DNA of 64,000 bases from a virus. Below are positions 19,102-29,866 of the stretch, piece after piece. The stretch is from positions 1 through 64,000 of the IMG/VR virus record IMGVR_UViG_3300025646_000015; one strand, written 5' to 3'. Each line of letters starts with the position of its first letter. The stretch's first letter is position 1. The notes under the pieces are model-generated. The model ran no database searches. It saw nothing but the letters and a program-made list of their open reading frames with translations, and was not told where the DNA came from. The position numbers and the translations under genes were made by a program.

Positions 19102-21052
19102 TTAATTTTCTCCAAACATATTATTCCATTCATCTTTAATTTCAATAGCAGGAACTGCATCTAAACCTTCAGAACCATATAATAATAAATTAATAATTTC
19201 TTCTGTACTCATGTTCATAGCTTCCTGCTCTGCAAGATCATATCTCATCTCGTCTACTGATGGTTCGTGATCTCTAATTTGTCTTTCAGTTGTTCTCATA
19301 ATTTTAATCTCCTTCTCTTGTTGCTACTACCAATAACTTAACATCATCTTCATTTCCTGTCAAACCAAAAAGTTCAATAACATGATGAAAAATCTCGCCA
19401 TCTTCGGGCGAGACACTAATCCATGAGCAGTTTTGTTCTTCGCCATCAATATCATTGACAACAACATCCCATTCGTGTTCAAGTAGTCTAGCTTTTTGAT
19501 ATTTGGTCAATTTCATTTTCGCATTCTAATTTTTCTAATTGTTTATAAAGTGAATCTAATTGTTTATTTACTTTTTTAATCTCAGTAAAATTATTAGGTT
19601 CTTGAGAGTCTAAATAATCTGATTGAATTTCAAGCAATCTAATCTTTTTATTTAATTCTATAATTTCGTCTGTCATATTTATATATTTATTATTCATTAA
19701 TTGAATCCCAATTAATTTCTGTTTGTTTTATTTTCCATGCGATTTCTCCATTTGTGGGGTCAACGTATTCAACATTGAAATCACAATCGTCAAGAGTTTT
19801 ATATGGATCGTACTCACGCACTATTTGCTCTGCTTCATCTCGACTTTCTGCTTCGACATAAAAGCAATTAATTATTTTAATTCCTACGCAATATTCTTTT
19901 TTCATTCTTCTTCCTTTAATACTTTCTTTTTTAATTGTTTTAACGATTCGTAAACTGATTTCCAAGAATCTTTACCTTTCTCCATCTCGGAAATGTATTC
20001 CAAGACTTCATCTATACATTGCGAAACAGGAACTTTAACTCTTAACATTTTCATCTTTTGCTTTGTATTTGAGGGACTCATCACTATTTAAATCACAAGC
20101 AATTTGTATATTAGTAACATTATGCCATGCTTCGTCTGCATAGATAGTTCCATCAGCGTTAAGACTTGGTTGTTTAAACCATTTGCGAGACTTTTTATAA
20201 GAACCAATATGTCTTTCAATTATCTCTATGTCATCTTTAATGCAATCCAAACGATGTCTAAGTTCAAGATTTTCTTTTAGCAATCTCTCTAAATTATCTT
20301 TATGAATTTTATGCTCTTGCTTTGTTAAATAAGTACGTGCGCACATTTCTTCTGAGAATGATTTTTTTTCAGCCAATTTCTTTTTTAGTTTATAATTCTC
20401 TTTTTCCAAATTTTCATTTTCTTTAAGTAAAGATAATTTTTTGTTTACTTCAATTAATTTATTTTCATAAAATTTCTTGATCGAATTTTCGTAAGTTGGG
20501 TAGTCGTCTCCTATTATTTCTTTCATTCTCTTACCTTATATTGATTGTTTTAAGTTGTCAAGTTTTATTTCAAATCTTTTAATATATCATCTAACTGCTC
20601 TAATGTTATTACTTCGCTTTTATCCATATCTTTGCAAAATTCAGAAAATTTAATTTTATTATATTCGAGAATATTGTAGTAGGATTTTTGTGCGTCGTCA
20701 AGCATTAATCTCAATGTTTGCAATAAATCTTCAGCACTTTCTCCAATTATTTCGGGCTTTTCAGTATGAGCGCATATTTCACCATCGTCATTATACATGA
20801 CTTCATAAAGACCATAAGTGTCTTTGTCTTTAATTATACGATAGTTCCACATTACATTTCGTAAGTTTGCTCTAAATCTGCATTAGCATAATCTTCACTT
20901 GTCATGTCGCACAAATCACCAAAGATATTAATTCCACCTTCTTCAACTAATATTTCACGCGCTTCCTCTTCTGTTTCAGCTTGAATCTCATATACCATTG
21001 TTGCAGGTACAGAGAATACAAAATATTTATCTTTTTTCTTTTGAGTCTTCAT
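19102..21052 (-). other. run of eight small hypothetical genes (19102-19299, 19304-19516, 19488-19697, 19690-19905, 19902-20084, 20035-20526, 20565-20852, 20852-21052)
   Basis: Abutting/overlapping ORFs; 20565..20852 starts with the common phage WNYRI motif. Confidence 0.65.
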
Positions 21053-21326
21053 CTTTAATATATTCTGATATTACATTTTCTATCCATTCATTAAAACTTA
21101 ACCCTTGTTCATGAGCGTGTTGCATATATTTAAATAGATCATTGTCATCAAAGTCAAGCTCAATCGTTTCATATTTGACTTTTTTAATCAAAAATCCACC
21201 ATCTTGCTCGACAAATTTAATGTCATCACCTTCTGCCCAACCTAAACGATTGAGTAATTCATCGGGCAAATCAAAATACAATTCACCATCAATATTTTCC
21301 TTAACTTCTAGTTGTGTTTTTTTCAT
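21027..21326 (-). CDS. AbrB/MazE-like domain fused to an RHH-like domain
   Basis: DGELYFDLPDELLNRLGWAEGDDIKF; HAHEQGLSFNEWI. Confidence 0.7.
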   Translation of the reverse strand: MKKTQLEVKENIDGELYFDLPDELLNRLGWAEGDDIKFVEQDGGFLIKKVKYETIELDFDDNDLFKYMQHAHEQGLSFNEWIENVISEYIKDEDSKEKR

Positions 21327-21330
21327 AATT

Positions 21331-22637
21331 TTATACCCTTTTTGATTCTGCTTCTTCTCTTGTCATCTCGCCCCTAATATATGCACCGAAATCATCATCA
21401 TTTAAATGAGAAGTGTCAATAGGTTTGACTCCAAACTCTCCGATTAATTCAAGTTCTTTAACTCTTTGATTGAGTCTTTGATTCATCTGATCTTTTAACT
21501 CAAACATTCGATCTACAATATCTGCAATAAGAGGATACTCTCCAAGTTCATAAAGGCGAGTGTCTAGCCCACTTTCAGAATCGTGGATACTTTTTAACTT
21601 CATTATTTCTTCAGCTTTATTCATTTTCTTTTTCCTTTTCTCTTTCTATTAAGATTTGAATTAATTTCTTTGTATCTTCCTCTGTGAGATCATTCAATAA
21701 ATCATAAATACATTCGTATTCATCTTGAGTTACAATTTCTTCAGATTTATTCATGTCTATACATTATAAGTCTTTATTTAAATTGTCAAGCTCGGAATCA
21801 TTTAATTCCATTGAATCTTCTTCGGATTCTTTTTCTTTCTCTTCTATATGAGTTATTTCTGCATTTTGTTTCCATGCCTTGCTGATTTCCCAATCAGCAT
21901 CTACTTCTTCAAATACTCTTGTTTCTGCTTCGTCTTGCGATTCTGCATCAATAAAGTAAGTGCGGTAAGTTGTGCTTGCTATTTCAATTTCGTATCTTTT
22001 TATTTCTCCCATTGTATTTCTCCGTTTTGATATGTAAAAATATATTCAGAGTCATCCATATCTATTTCGTGATATTTATTATTCTCTGTTGGTGGATTAA
22101 CTCCATAAAGAGAAAGACCAAATGACCAATTACTAGAATCGGTATATTCATATTCACCCGAACCATCTTGCTTGACTTGACAAAAATCATCACCGCAATA
22201 AATATTGTAGTCTATGAAATTTCCATCTTCTAATTCATAACTATTCCAATAATCAAAATTATCTCCATCAGTTTTGACTTCGGGATCAGCAATAACTTTT
22301 TTAATATGAGTTAATGCTAAATCTGCAATCTTTAATTTTACTGCTTTACTTACTTTACTTAGTTCCATAATTCTTCCTCATAGTTTTCGCTTTTATATAT
22401 TGGAGTGTACTCACCCATGTAAGCACCCTTTGTGTTGAATTCAAAAAATTCTATGGCATCATCCATACTCATGCCGTCTTCCATGTATATTTGTATGATA
22501 GCCTCTTCGCTATATACGACTCTTTTATTTTCATAACCAATGATGGCTGAATCAAACCTTGATCTTGGCTCAAGTACGATTGATCTCGGTTCATCTCTAT
22601 TATCACTTTCTATTTGATCTACTAAATCTTGATTCAT
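21331..22637 (-). other. run of small hypothetical genes (21331-21624, 21617-21754, 21764-22012, 22000-22368, 22359-22637)
   Basis: ORF track plus one manual ORF; 22359..22637 has DAIEFFEFNTKGAYMGEYTP. Confidence 0.65.
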
Positions 22638-22732
22638 AAGACAACAATAGCAGAATACTGATTGCCTGTCAATAATTATTTTATTTTTTTTTTAAAAATT
22701 AGATTCTCCTGTATTAATGTGTAATATTAGTT

Positions 22733-23518
22733 GTGAAGGCATACCCAAACATCGCTATAAATAGAAATGCTAGTGTTACATTTAATCATGTTTGGGATAG
22801 TCAGAATGAAGAATGGATTCCAATGTCGCAGAATCCATACGATGTAAATTTATCGCAAGCAAAATCAAGCATCCATAAATTTGGAGCATTACCAACGATT
22901 GCAAGCAAAACATCAGAAGAAACAATATGGGATGGAACGGGGCTATATGAATTTCCATCAAACGATGGAGTAAGTTTAACCATTTCTTCATCAAACGCAA
23001 ACGATACTCAATCTTTTGTTGTTATGGGATTAGATGAAAATTTCCTAGAACAAACTTGGGAAGGAAATTTAAATGGATTGAACGATGTTAGCATAAGTGG
23101 AACTTGGACTAGAGTATTTAGAGCATATAATGATGGATCAAATAATTTGACAGGGGATGTATCTATTAAAAATGGATCAACAATTTATGCTAAAGTATTA
23201 GCTCAACACAATCAAACATTAATGGCGGTTTACACGATACCCGATAATTATACAGGAAAACTATTAAGAATTCATGCTAGTGCAAATAATACAGACACAT
23301 CTAGCGGTTTAAATGTACTTTGCCATCTAAAAACTCGTGAATATAACAAGGTATTTCGGACAAGAAATATATTAAGTTTTTCTGATTCTCAACCATTAAC
23401 AGAAGAACTTACATTTCCATTGACTCTTCCACCAAGAACTGATATTTATATAAATAAAATAAGTTCAAGCTCAACAGGTGGAATTATAAGTGCTGAATTT
23501 GATATAGCTTTATTATAA
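22733..23518 (+). CDS. beta-rich putative virion protein
   Basis: IHKFG..ETIWDG..RVFRAY..QTLMAVYTIP; GTGTAA 8 nt before the GTG. Confidence 0.65.
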   Translation: MKAYPNIAINRNASVTFNHVWDSQNEEWIPMSQNPYDVNLSQAKSSIHKFGALPTIASKTSEETIWDGTGLYEFPSNDGVSLTISSSNANDTQSFVVMGLDENFLEQTWEGNLNGLNDVSISGTWTRVFRAYNDGSNNLTGDVSIKNGSTIYAKVLAQHNQTLMAVYTIPDNYTGKLLRIHASANNTDTSSGLNVLCHLKTREYNKVFRTRNILSFSDSQPLTEELTFPLTLPPRTDIYINKISSSSTGGIISAEFDIALL

Positions 23519-24002
23519 TTGTTTATAATTATCGTATAACCAATTTAATAAGCTATGTAAAGCCTCTCTATATCTAGCAGGATTACCCCTTGATTTCCAA
23601 AAAGACAATTCCTCCATACAAAAATCATGCCTCTCATTGAATTCATTTAAAATTTCAACGGGAAACTCTTCATCAACCAAATGATTTCCGAACATAATAA
23701 TGTATTTAATTATTTCGCTATTTTCTTTAGAGTTGAACATATTTATTATTTATTTAAAGCATTGAATATTTGTTGTGCAATCATTTCTCTTGCACTCTCA
23801 GACTTTAAATTAATTTGTTTGTCTGCTAATTTATTTAGAACTTCTAGTATTTTTTCTTTCATTGTTTTTGCTCCAATTTATCTCATCATAATTTTTTTTA
23901 AATTGATCTGATATATTTCTTGGTTTAGAACCTTTTCCGTTTTGATGAGTTGATTTATTTTTAACCTTTGAATTAGTTTCTTTTTGCTTCATTGCATCAA
24001 TA

Positions 24003-24302
24003 CTATTTTACAAATTTTTTAATTTCATTTTTTTTTAGACTCAATTCTCTTTCTATATTCTCTGCTACATTTTGACCGACAGATATTTCGTGATCTTTAG
24101 ACAAAGAGTTTAATAATTGAGCTAAATTTTTTCCTGTTTTAATCCTATAATCTTCTCCTGCAAGAAATAAATTTTCAGTAGTCATCAAAGTCAAATTATC
24201 TATCTTAATTAAGATATGATTGACTGCATCTGAACTACCTCTGACTCCTATTTTTATCATATCAATACCAACAACTATAATAAACGCGCCACTTCTTGTC
24301 AA
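24003..24302 (-). CDS. hypothetical protein (start probably ~24260)
   Basis: ORF track. Confidence 0.55.
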   Translation of the reverse strand: MTRSGAFIIVVGIDMIKIGVRGSSDAVNHILIKIDNLTLMTTENLFLAGEDYRIKTGKNLAQLLNSLSKDHEISVGQNVAENIERELSLKKNEIKKFVK

Positions 24303-24693
24303 GCATTTTTCTTGCTTCTTCTACGAACATTAAGTCATTCTTCTTGTACCAATAGTCGTTTTCGGGATATGGTTCGTCATTTTCATCGTTCCAAAAATAA
24401 GAATCACTACCCCAAAAGAAACCACTAGCTTCGGGGAACTCAAAATTATTGATAGCATATTCAAGTTCATCTATATCTTGAGAAGTTAATGGCAACTCAA
24501 CACAATTAAATGCACTACCGAAACCTAATTCATCTTCAGTTAAGTCGGGCATATTTGGACAACCCTTGTTTTCCCAAAGTTGTTGCATCCAACCTTGCAA
24601 GCGATTGTGTTTGCGCCATTCCATTATTTGAACATCGTCCTCGCTATTCCTCTTGCGAGGTGGACGAGCGTAACCATATTGATCTAATCCCAT
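24262..24693 (-). CDS. conserved phage protein (MGLDxY..WRKHN..FFxG family)
   Basis: Motifs; GGAG SD. Confidence 0.8.
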   Translation of the reverse strand: MGLDQYGYARPPRKRNSEDDVQIMEWRKHNRLQGWMQQLWENKGCPNMPDLTEDELGFGSAFNCVELPLTSQDIDELEYAINNFEFPEASGFFWGSDSYFWNDENDEPYPENDYWYKKNDLMFVEEARKMLDKKWRVYYSCWY

Positions 24694-24714
24694 GATGCTT
24701 TCTCCCTTTTTTTA

Positions 24715-24987
24715 TTAGTTCCAATTAAAGTCTATATTATAACCTACTGCACGACGCTTGTCAATGTTTTTCGATGGACAAGTAACCTCGATGCAAATAT
24801 CACGCCCAAGAGAATCACCTTCTAATATCGGTGCGCCTTCTTTATCCATTTCTTCTACCCAATCAATATTTAGATCATCAGATGGAAAGAGATCATATTC
24901 TGATTCGTCATCCAACCACATGATTGGTGCAGACCAAATATCTTCATCATCTTCTTGCCTAATTGTGAGCCAACTATTTACTTTCAT
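24715..24987 (-). CDS. hypothetical protein
   Basis: ORF track; promoter upstream. Confidence 0.65.
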   Translation of the reverse strand: MKVNSWLTIRQEDDEDIWSAPIMWLDDESEYDLFPSDDLNIDWVEEMDKEGAPILEGDSLGRDICIEVTCPSKNIDKRRAVGYNIDFNWN

Positions 24988-25150
24988 AATAAATCAAATG
25001 TAGCTGATATTAGCAATAATGTCAATAATAAAAGAAATAAAAATTCAAATAAAAATCCAAAATTCATTTCAACCAACACAGGAAAAGACAAAACAAAGAA
25101 GAAAAAAACCCATTAAAAAAATTAAAAGTATATCTGAAGCCTCTTCCATT

Positions 25151-25414
25151 TTATTCACCTTTCTTTTCGTTATTTAAGTAGTTTTGATCGAAAATATCGT
25201 CTTCATCGAAGGCTCGATGTTCTCGCTTAAAGTTTTCATACTCAACCCATAACTTGTCGTACCAAGTTTGGTGAAGTTGACTCATGCCAATTAACATATT
25301 TAATAACTCGTCATCTGTATATTGTTTGGGAGAATCTCCTATCGCATAGATAACTGCATCAATGTCGTCTTGGATATTATTTAAATTGCCTATTGCTTCT
25401 TCTAAATTATTCAT
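25151..25414 (-). CDS. hypothetical protein
   Basis: ORF track. Confidence 0.65.
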   Translation of the reverse strand: MNNLEEAIGNLNNIQDDIDAVIYAIGDSPKQYTDDELLNMLIGMSQLHQTWYDKLWVEYENFKREHRAFDEDDIFDQNYLNNEKKGE

Positions 25415-25904
25415 GGTATTTAACTATATATGTTTTAAACGATCTGTCAACTAAAATGTCGTGGATCATTGAATTAATTATTCTTTTGCTTCCACCCGCA
25501 AGACCACAAGAGATACCATAAGGTAGGGCGAAAGTAGAAGTTTTATCATCATGCTCATCTTTCCATTCAATGTCGTCAGCAACATTGTATAAAGCCTTGT
25601 AGAATGCTTCATAATCAACTTGTCTACCTTTCCCAATATAACTTTGCGTATACATATTATATATACCCTTAGTTTGAGTGGCATCAGTCCATGCGAAACT
25701 ATACCAACCTAATTGATTGTCCCCTTCCATCATTGCATGGCAATCAGCACTATATGCTTCGGGGTAAGTGTGCTTTATATCAAGAGCAATACCTGCACCC
25801 ATTACATTTTGAGTATTACAAGAATGAGCAATGTAATCAAACCCATGAAAGTGCATCTTGAGCAAATTGCCATCAATTATTTCTATTTTTTCAGTAGCTA
25901 TCAT
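25407..25904 (-). CDS. macro domain (ADP-ribose processing) protein
   Basis: IAHSCN..MGAGIA..IYNMYTQ..PYGISCGLAGG. Confidence 0.9.
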   Translation of the reverse strand: MIATEKIEIIDGNLLKMHFHGFDYIAHSCNTQNVMGAGIALDIKHTYPEAYSADCHAMMEGDNQLGWYSFAWTDATQTKGIYNMYTQSYIGKGRQVDYEAFYKALYNVADDIEWKDEHDDKTSTFALPYGISCGLAGGSKRIINSMIHDILVDRSFKTYIVKYHE

Positions 25905-25925
25905 GTCTATACATTAAATGAGGTT

Positions 25926-26453
25926 TTAAGATTTGTCAACTTTTAATTTTGTTTTTCCATCTTCTTCGTCAATAAAAACATCTACAACCCTGCAATGATG
26001 TGGATCAGCGATGAAAATTTTTGGATCACCCGAATCATTTGTGACTCTAGCCAAACCAACAGGTTTGACTTCAATACATTCTAGCAAGTCTTTTCCGTTA
26101 TGTTCGCGCATATCATAAGAATGTGGGTACAATCCATCTTCTCTATTTAAATAGCAAATAATTCTGCCGTATTTATTTTTGTAAGAAATGTAAGAACTAA
26201 TATCAAAAGATTTCTTGGCGAATAATTTATTACGAGGAATGTAGTATTTGCACTTATCTTTTTTGACATTGAAAATTTTATGTACACCAAAGGCATCTTC
26301 AATAGGTTCTAGTGTTTTATGGTGAACGAGCATACATTCAAACGTGGGATTAGCTTTACTATCCTCTCTGATATTTAGAATTTCACCAATTCGCTTTTTG
26401 AGGCGAAATGATTTTTCTTTGATGTGATCTCCAACTTTAAAAGAATGTTTCAT
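25926..26453 (-). CDS. hypothetical protein
   Basis: TTGACA 29 nt upstream. Confidence 0.7.
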   Translation of the reverse strand: MKHSFKVGDHIKEKSFRLKKRIGEILNIREDSKANPTFECMLVHHKTLEPIEDAFGVHKIFNVKKDKCKYYIPRNKLFAKKSFDISSYISYKNKYGRIICYLNREDGLYPHSYDMREHNGKDLLECIEVKPVGLARVTNDSGDPKIFIADPHHCRVVDVFIDEEDGKTKLKVDKS

Positions 26454-26497
26454 GTAAACAACTTAAACTAAAAATTCTGATTTGTCAAATAAAAATG

Positions 26498-26570
26498 AGC
26501 CACCTGTCAGAATCGAACTGACGACCTACGCATTACAAGTGCGTTGCTCTACCTACTAAGCTAAGGTGGC
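26498..26570 (-). tRNA. tRNA-Thr(TGT)
   Basis: GCCACCT..ACGCA-CTTGTAA-TGCGT..GTCAG-TTCGATT-CTGAC-AGGTGGC. Confidence 0.95.
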
Positions 26571-26678
26571 AAATCATTCTCTACCTGTTAATATATACCA
26601 TATTTGTAAAGATAGCAAGACAAAAAACATTCCAATGAAACAAAAAATATCTTTAATTGCAATTAATTTTTTATTCAT

Positions 26679-27281
26679 TTATTTTTTATTTTCTTTGATT
26701 TGTTGCAATTCTCTTTCTTGAGTATATTTAAATAATGATTCTAAATCATTTTTGGGTAATTGAGTATTTACAAGTTTATTTTGCCAACGCGATTTCATTT
26801 TTCTATTTTGTTTAGTAAATAATATATATTTAGCTTCTGAATGTAAACCATAACCAAAAGTTAAACAAAGTTTAATAATTTTTTTATCAAGTTTAATACT
26901 ATCTTTAAATCTATTATTAGATAAAATGCATTTTCTATCTAGCCCCGCATCTTCGGCATATTTTCTAGCTTTTAACCATTTATTGGTATTCCATTTCTTT
27001 TTAGTGTTATAATTTTTTTGGGTTTTAGTTTTTGTTTGCTTGTCTTGATATATTTTTGGCGGTTCAATTTTATGATGAAATAAACCATGACAATCAGAAC
27101 ACAAAGTAATTAGGTCGTCAAGAGGTTCATTGCCAACATTAAAATAAGTTTTGTGATGAACATGAAGGTTAGATTTAGAGTTACAAAGAGAACAACGAGA
27201 ATTATCTCTATCCCTAACTAATTTAGTTTTTTCACGCCATTCTGTAGATTTTAAATATTTTTTATATTCAGTTTTATCCAT
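26679..27281 (-). CDS. HNH endonuclease
   Basis: YLKSTEWR..CSLC..LHVHH..LITLCSDCH. Confidence 0.9.
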   Translation of the reverse strand: MDKTEYKKYLKSTEWREKTKLVRDRDNSRCSLCNSKSNLHVHHKTYFNVGNEPLDDLITLCSDCHGLFHHKIEPPKIYQDKQTKTKTQKNYNTKKKWNTNKWLKARKYAEDAGLDRKCILSNNRFKDSIKLDKKIIKLCLTFGYGLHSEAKYILFTKQNRKMKSRWQNKLVNTQLPKNDLESLFKYTQERELQQIKENKK

Positions 27282-27711
27282 TAAACTCTCTCAAGAATTT
27301 TTTGTTCTTAATTCTTATCTCCTTATTTAGTTTTCTTTCAAATTCAAATGTGACAACTCCACCTTTAACATGAAAAGTAGAATTTTGATTATTTTTAATA
27401 TATTTAGGATCAACACTTTGAAATATTTCAACACCAAGGAAATGTTTGTGATTTTGTTTTGTGTCGTGAAAATAATATTTCTTGCATGGTTTTCCTTTCA
27501 TAAAGGGGTCAATATGAATTTGATATACATAATATTTACCATTAGGAAATTCGGGATAAGTAGATTTGTAACTATCTCTAGTATGCAGAATGAGTTGCTT
27601 ACCGCGTTCTTTTATTATGCCTTTTTTGTCAAAACTAGACTTTTTACTTACTAAGTAATAAGCACAATGTTCCGATTCGTATGGTTGTGTTTTTGTTTTG
27701 ATTGTTTTCAA
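27274..27711 (-). CDS. hypothetical protein
   Basis: ORF track. Confidence 0.6.
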   Translation of the reverse strand: MKTIKTKTQPYESEHCAYYLVSKKSSFDKKGIIKERGKQLILHTRDSYKSTYPEFPNGKYYVYQIHIDPFMKGKPCKKYYFHDTKQNHKHFLGVEIFQSVDPKYIKNNQNSTFHVKGGVVTFEFERKLNKEIRIKNKKFLREFNG

Positions 27712-27819
27712 AGTTTTCTATCGTTATTCCAAAGATTAAATATACTAATACCTATCCCTACCACTATAAAAACCAAAGCAAGAATACCATCCCATCTTAA
27801 ACCTAAATCGAATAAAAAC

Positions 27820-28071
27820 TCAATCATTATTAAATAATTTATCCCTAACTAATTTGAAAGCATATTCATCTTGGAATCTACAATTTTCAATCATTTCATC
27901 TAATTGTTCTTTTAACATTCTATGGCAATCTTTAATTCCTTGGTCGTACCCCGCGTCACGATCATCCATTATTGTTTTACTCATTTTACGAGACAAACTT
28001 TCTTGAGCGTCAGAGTAACCTTTTTCGTATCCTCTAGTAAAATATATATCTTGTTTTATTTGTTCGTTCAT
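27820..28071 (-). CDS. hypothetical protein
   Basis: GYEKG/GYDQG repeats. Confidence 0.65.
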   Translation of the reverse strand: MNEQIKQDIYFTRGYEKGYSDAQESLSRKMSKTIMDDRDAGYDQGIKDCHRMLKEQLDEMIENCRFQDEYAFKLVRDKLFNND

Positions 28072-28084
28072 TGTATTTAAATAT

Positions 28085-28216
28085 TTGCACGGAGAGTATC
28101 CGTGACTAACTCCGATATAGCAGTAATCGAATTACTTACTAGTCCTTTTCCGCTGATCAGGCATGGTAGATTCGTAGGAATAGAATCAGAAGGAGGTGAA
28201 CCTATATATTTCATTC
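28085..28216 (-). ncRNA. candidate structured RNA/leader with an anti-SD-like segment
   Basis: TTGACA-17-CATAAT promoter; hairpins GAUUC/GAAUC, AGUAAU/AUUACU, CACGGA/UCCGUG; GGUUCACCUCCUU. Confidence 0.45.
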
Positions 28217-28374
28217 GTCAACATTATGCCATATTTTTCCTTCTGTGTCAAGCTCAGAACTCCACAACATCAACTTTTTATAAACAGGATATAAAACTAT
28301 TCCCATCCATTCAAAATACAATAAATTACTAATTGTATCACCAATATAAAAAAGTATTTTGCTTAAAAGTAATT

Positions 28375-28569
28375 TCACTTAAGTGATTTAGATTTAATAG
28401 AAGCAATTATACACATAGCACCATGCTCATTAGCAGTCATTAATGCTTCTCCATTAGTCATCATAATTTTCCACATTTTTTTACCCATGTGGTCGCGTTC
28501 TTTTACATATATCACTTGCTTTGGGTTAATGTGATATTTTTCTTCATTAGCATCTTCTATTAATATCAT
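28375..28569 (-). CDS. hypothetical protein
   Basis: HINPKQVIYV. Confidence 0.65.
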   Translation of the reverse strand: MILIEDANEEKYHINPKQVIYVKERDHMGKKMWKIMMTNGEALMTANEHGAMCIIASIKSKSLK

Positions 28570-28871
28570 TGTTTGTACATATTATTTTGAAATTCGGATA
28601 TTTTTCTGTTTTTTTCTTCTTCTAATTGCTCGTGATATTCAAAAGCCCTTGAATTATCTCTTATATGACCCTGCATATTGCCTTGATTTTCCTCGTCAGT
28701 AAACCATTGGTAGTCTAAATCAAAAATACTATCAACATTAGATGGATGATATCCTGCACTAACAAGCAAACCTTTGAATTGTTCTGCAAGTTCGTAAACA
28801 TCTGTGCCATCAAATGAATCATCTGATTCGACGCTATAAGTTTTATTGTGTAATGTAAGTGATAGTTTCAT
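28566..28871 (-). CDS. hypothetical protein
   Basis: ORF track; coupled to uvsE. Confidence 0.65.
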   Translation of the reverse strand: MKLSLTLHNKTYSVESDDSFDGTDVYELAEQFKGLLVSAGYHPSNVDSIFDLDYQWFTDEENQGNMQGHIRDNSRAFEYHEQLEEEKNRKISEFQNNMYKQ

Positions 28872-29866
28872 AATTTCAATTGTTGTAACAATGCAATAGC
28901 TTTATCTTTCCCCTTTACTTCGCATTCCCACTTGGCAGGTTTATCTGTTTCAATAGCAATGTGAGGTGGGAAATTTCCTAGAGCAAAATATTCTGCATGA
29001 GCGCGAGGCTTTTCGGGAGTTCCTTCTGACCAATGAAATACAGGAGCAATAAAGTTTTCGTCACCATTATCTTGATTGACCCATGTATATGCACAACGTT
29101 CAGCTTGAAATGAGACACTTTCGACTTCTGATGGATTACAAAAATCATGAAGATTGTCGTAACAAACAGGAATATTTATTTTATGTGTTTCAAATAAGTA
29201 GTCGCTAAATTTAATACAATTATCTACATTAAAGAAACCTTTATCTTCGTTCTCGATAGTAAGGCGATTATAAACTCCTGCATTACACATAGCAAGATTG
29301 CGAAAGAATCTATTAGCAACAATTTCCAAAGTTTCATCCATCTTGGGAGTATAATTAACATGAATGTTCATTGGAGCAGTATGATCTTGAGGCAATCCCA
29401 TTTTATCAAGCACACTAGCTTGCATATTTAATTCTCCAATAGTTCTACGAACCGCATCAGTATTCGTTGACGCGAGAACATTGAATTGATCGGGGTGAGA
29501 ACCCATGCTAATACCAAGAGTCTTGGCAACAATACCTACTTGTCGCAATCCTTGGTTAATTTCTTCAATATCGGGCAACTCTTCAAGATCAATTTCCAAA
29601 GTTTCATCGGTAACAAGAGGAAAAAGAGCGCTACTAACACGATAATGCCCAATGTTTGACTTAGCACAATGATGGACAATAGATTCAGTAACAACAACAT
29701 TATGCAAAATTCTATTAGATAACTCTTTAATTGCTTCATCTCTACCTTCTGTATTACACAAATCATTAAAACGTTTGCGTGTCATTGTGCGGAAAGAATA
29801 TTCATTATTGTCTTTGTCTTTGAGTTGCTCGCTAATGCAAGTTAAACCTAGTATTCTATTTGTCAT
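28868..29866 (-). CDS. uvsE: UV damage endonuclease
   Basis: LGLTCI, YRVSSALFP, HPDQFNVLAS, MNIH, LTIENED, YDNLH, HWSE, RAHA, EVKGKDKA. Confidence 0.95.
   Translation of the reverse strand: MTNRILGLTCISEQLKDKDNNEYSFRTMTRKRFNDLCNTEGRDEAIKELSNRILHNVVVTESIVHHCAKSNIGHYRVSSALFPLVTDETLEIDLEELPDIEEINQGLRQVGIVAKTLGISMGSHPDQFNVLASTNTDAVRRTIGELNMQASVLDKMGLPQDHTAPMNIHVNYTPKMDETLEIVANRFFRNLAMCNAGVYNRLTIENEDKGFFNVDNCIKFSDYLFETHKINIPVCYDNLHDFCNPSEVESVSFQAERCAYTWVNQDNGDENFIAPVFHWSEGTPEKPRAHAEYFALGNFPPHIAIETDKPAKWECEVKGKDKAIALLQQLKL

Noticed and set aside
28150-28170. Hammerhead ribozyme at CUGAUCAG
   Set aside because: The core needs CUGAnGA plus a correctly placed GAAA; neither strand fits
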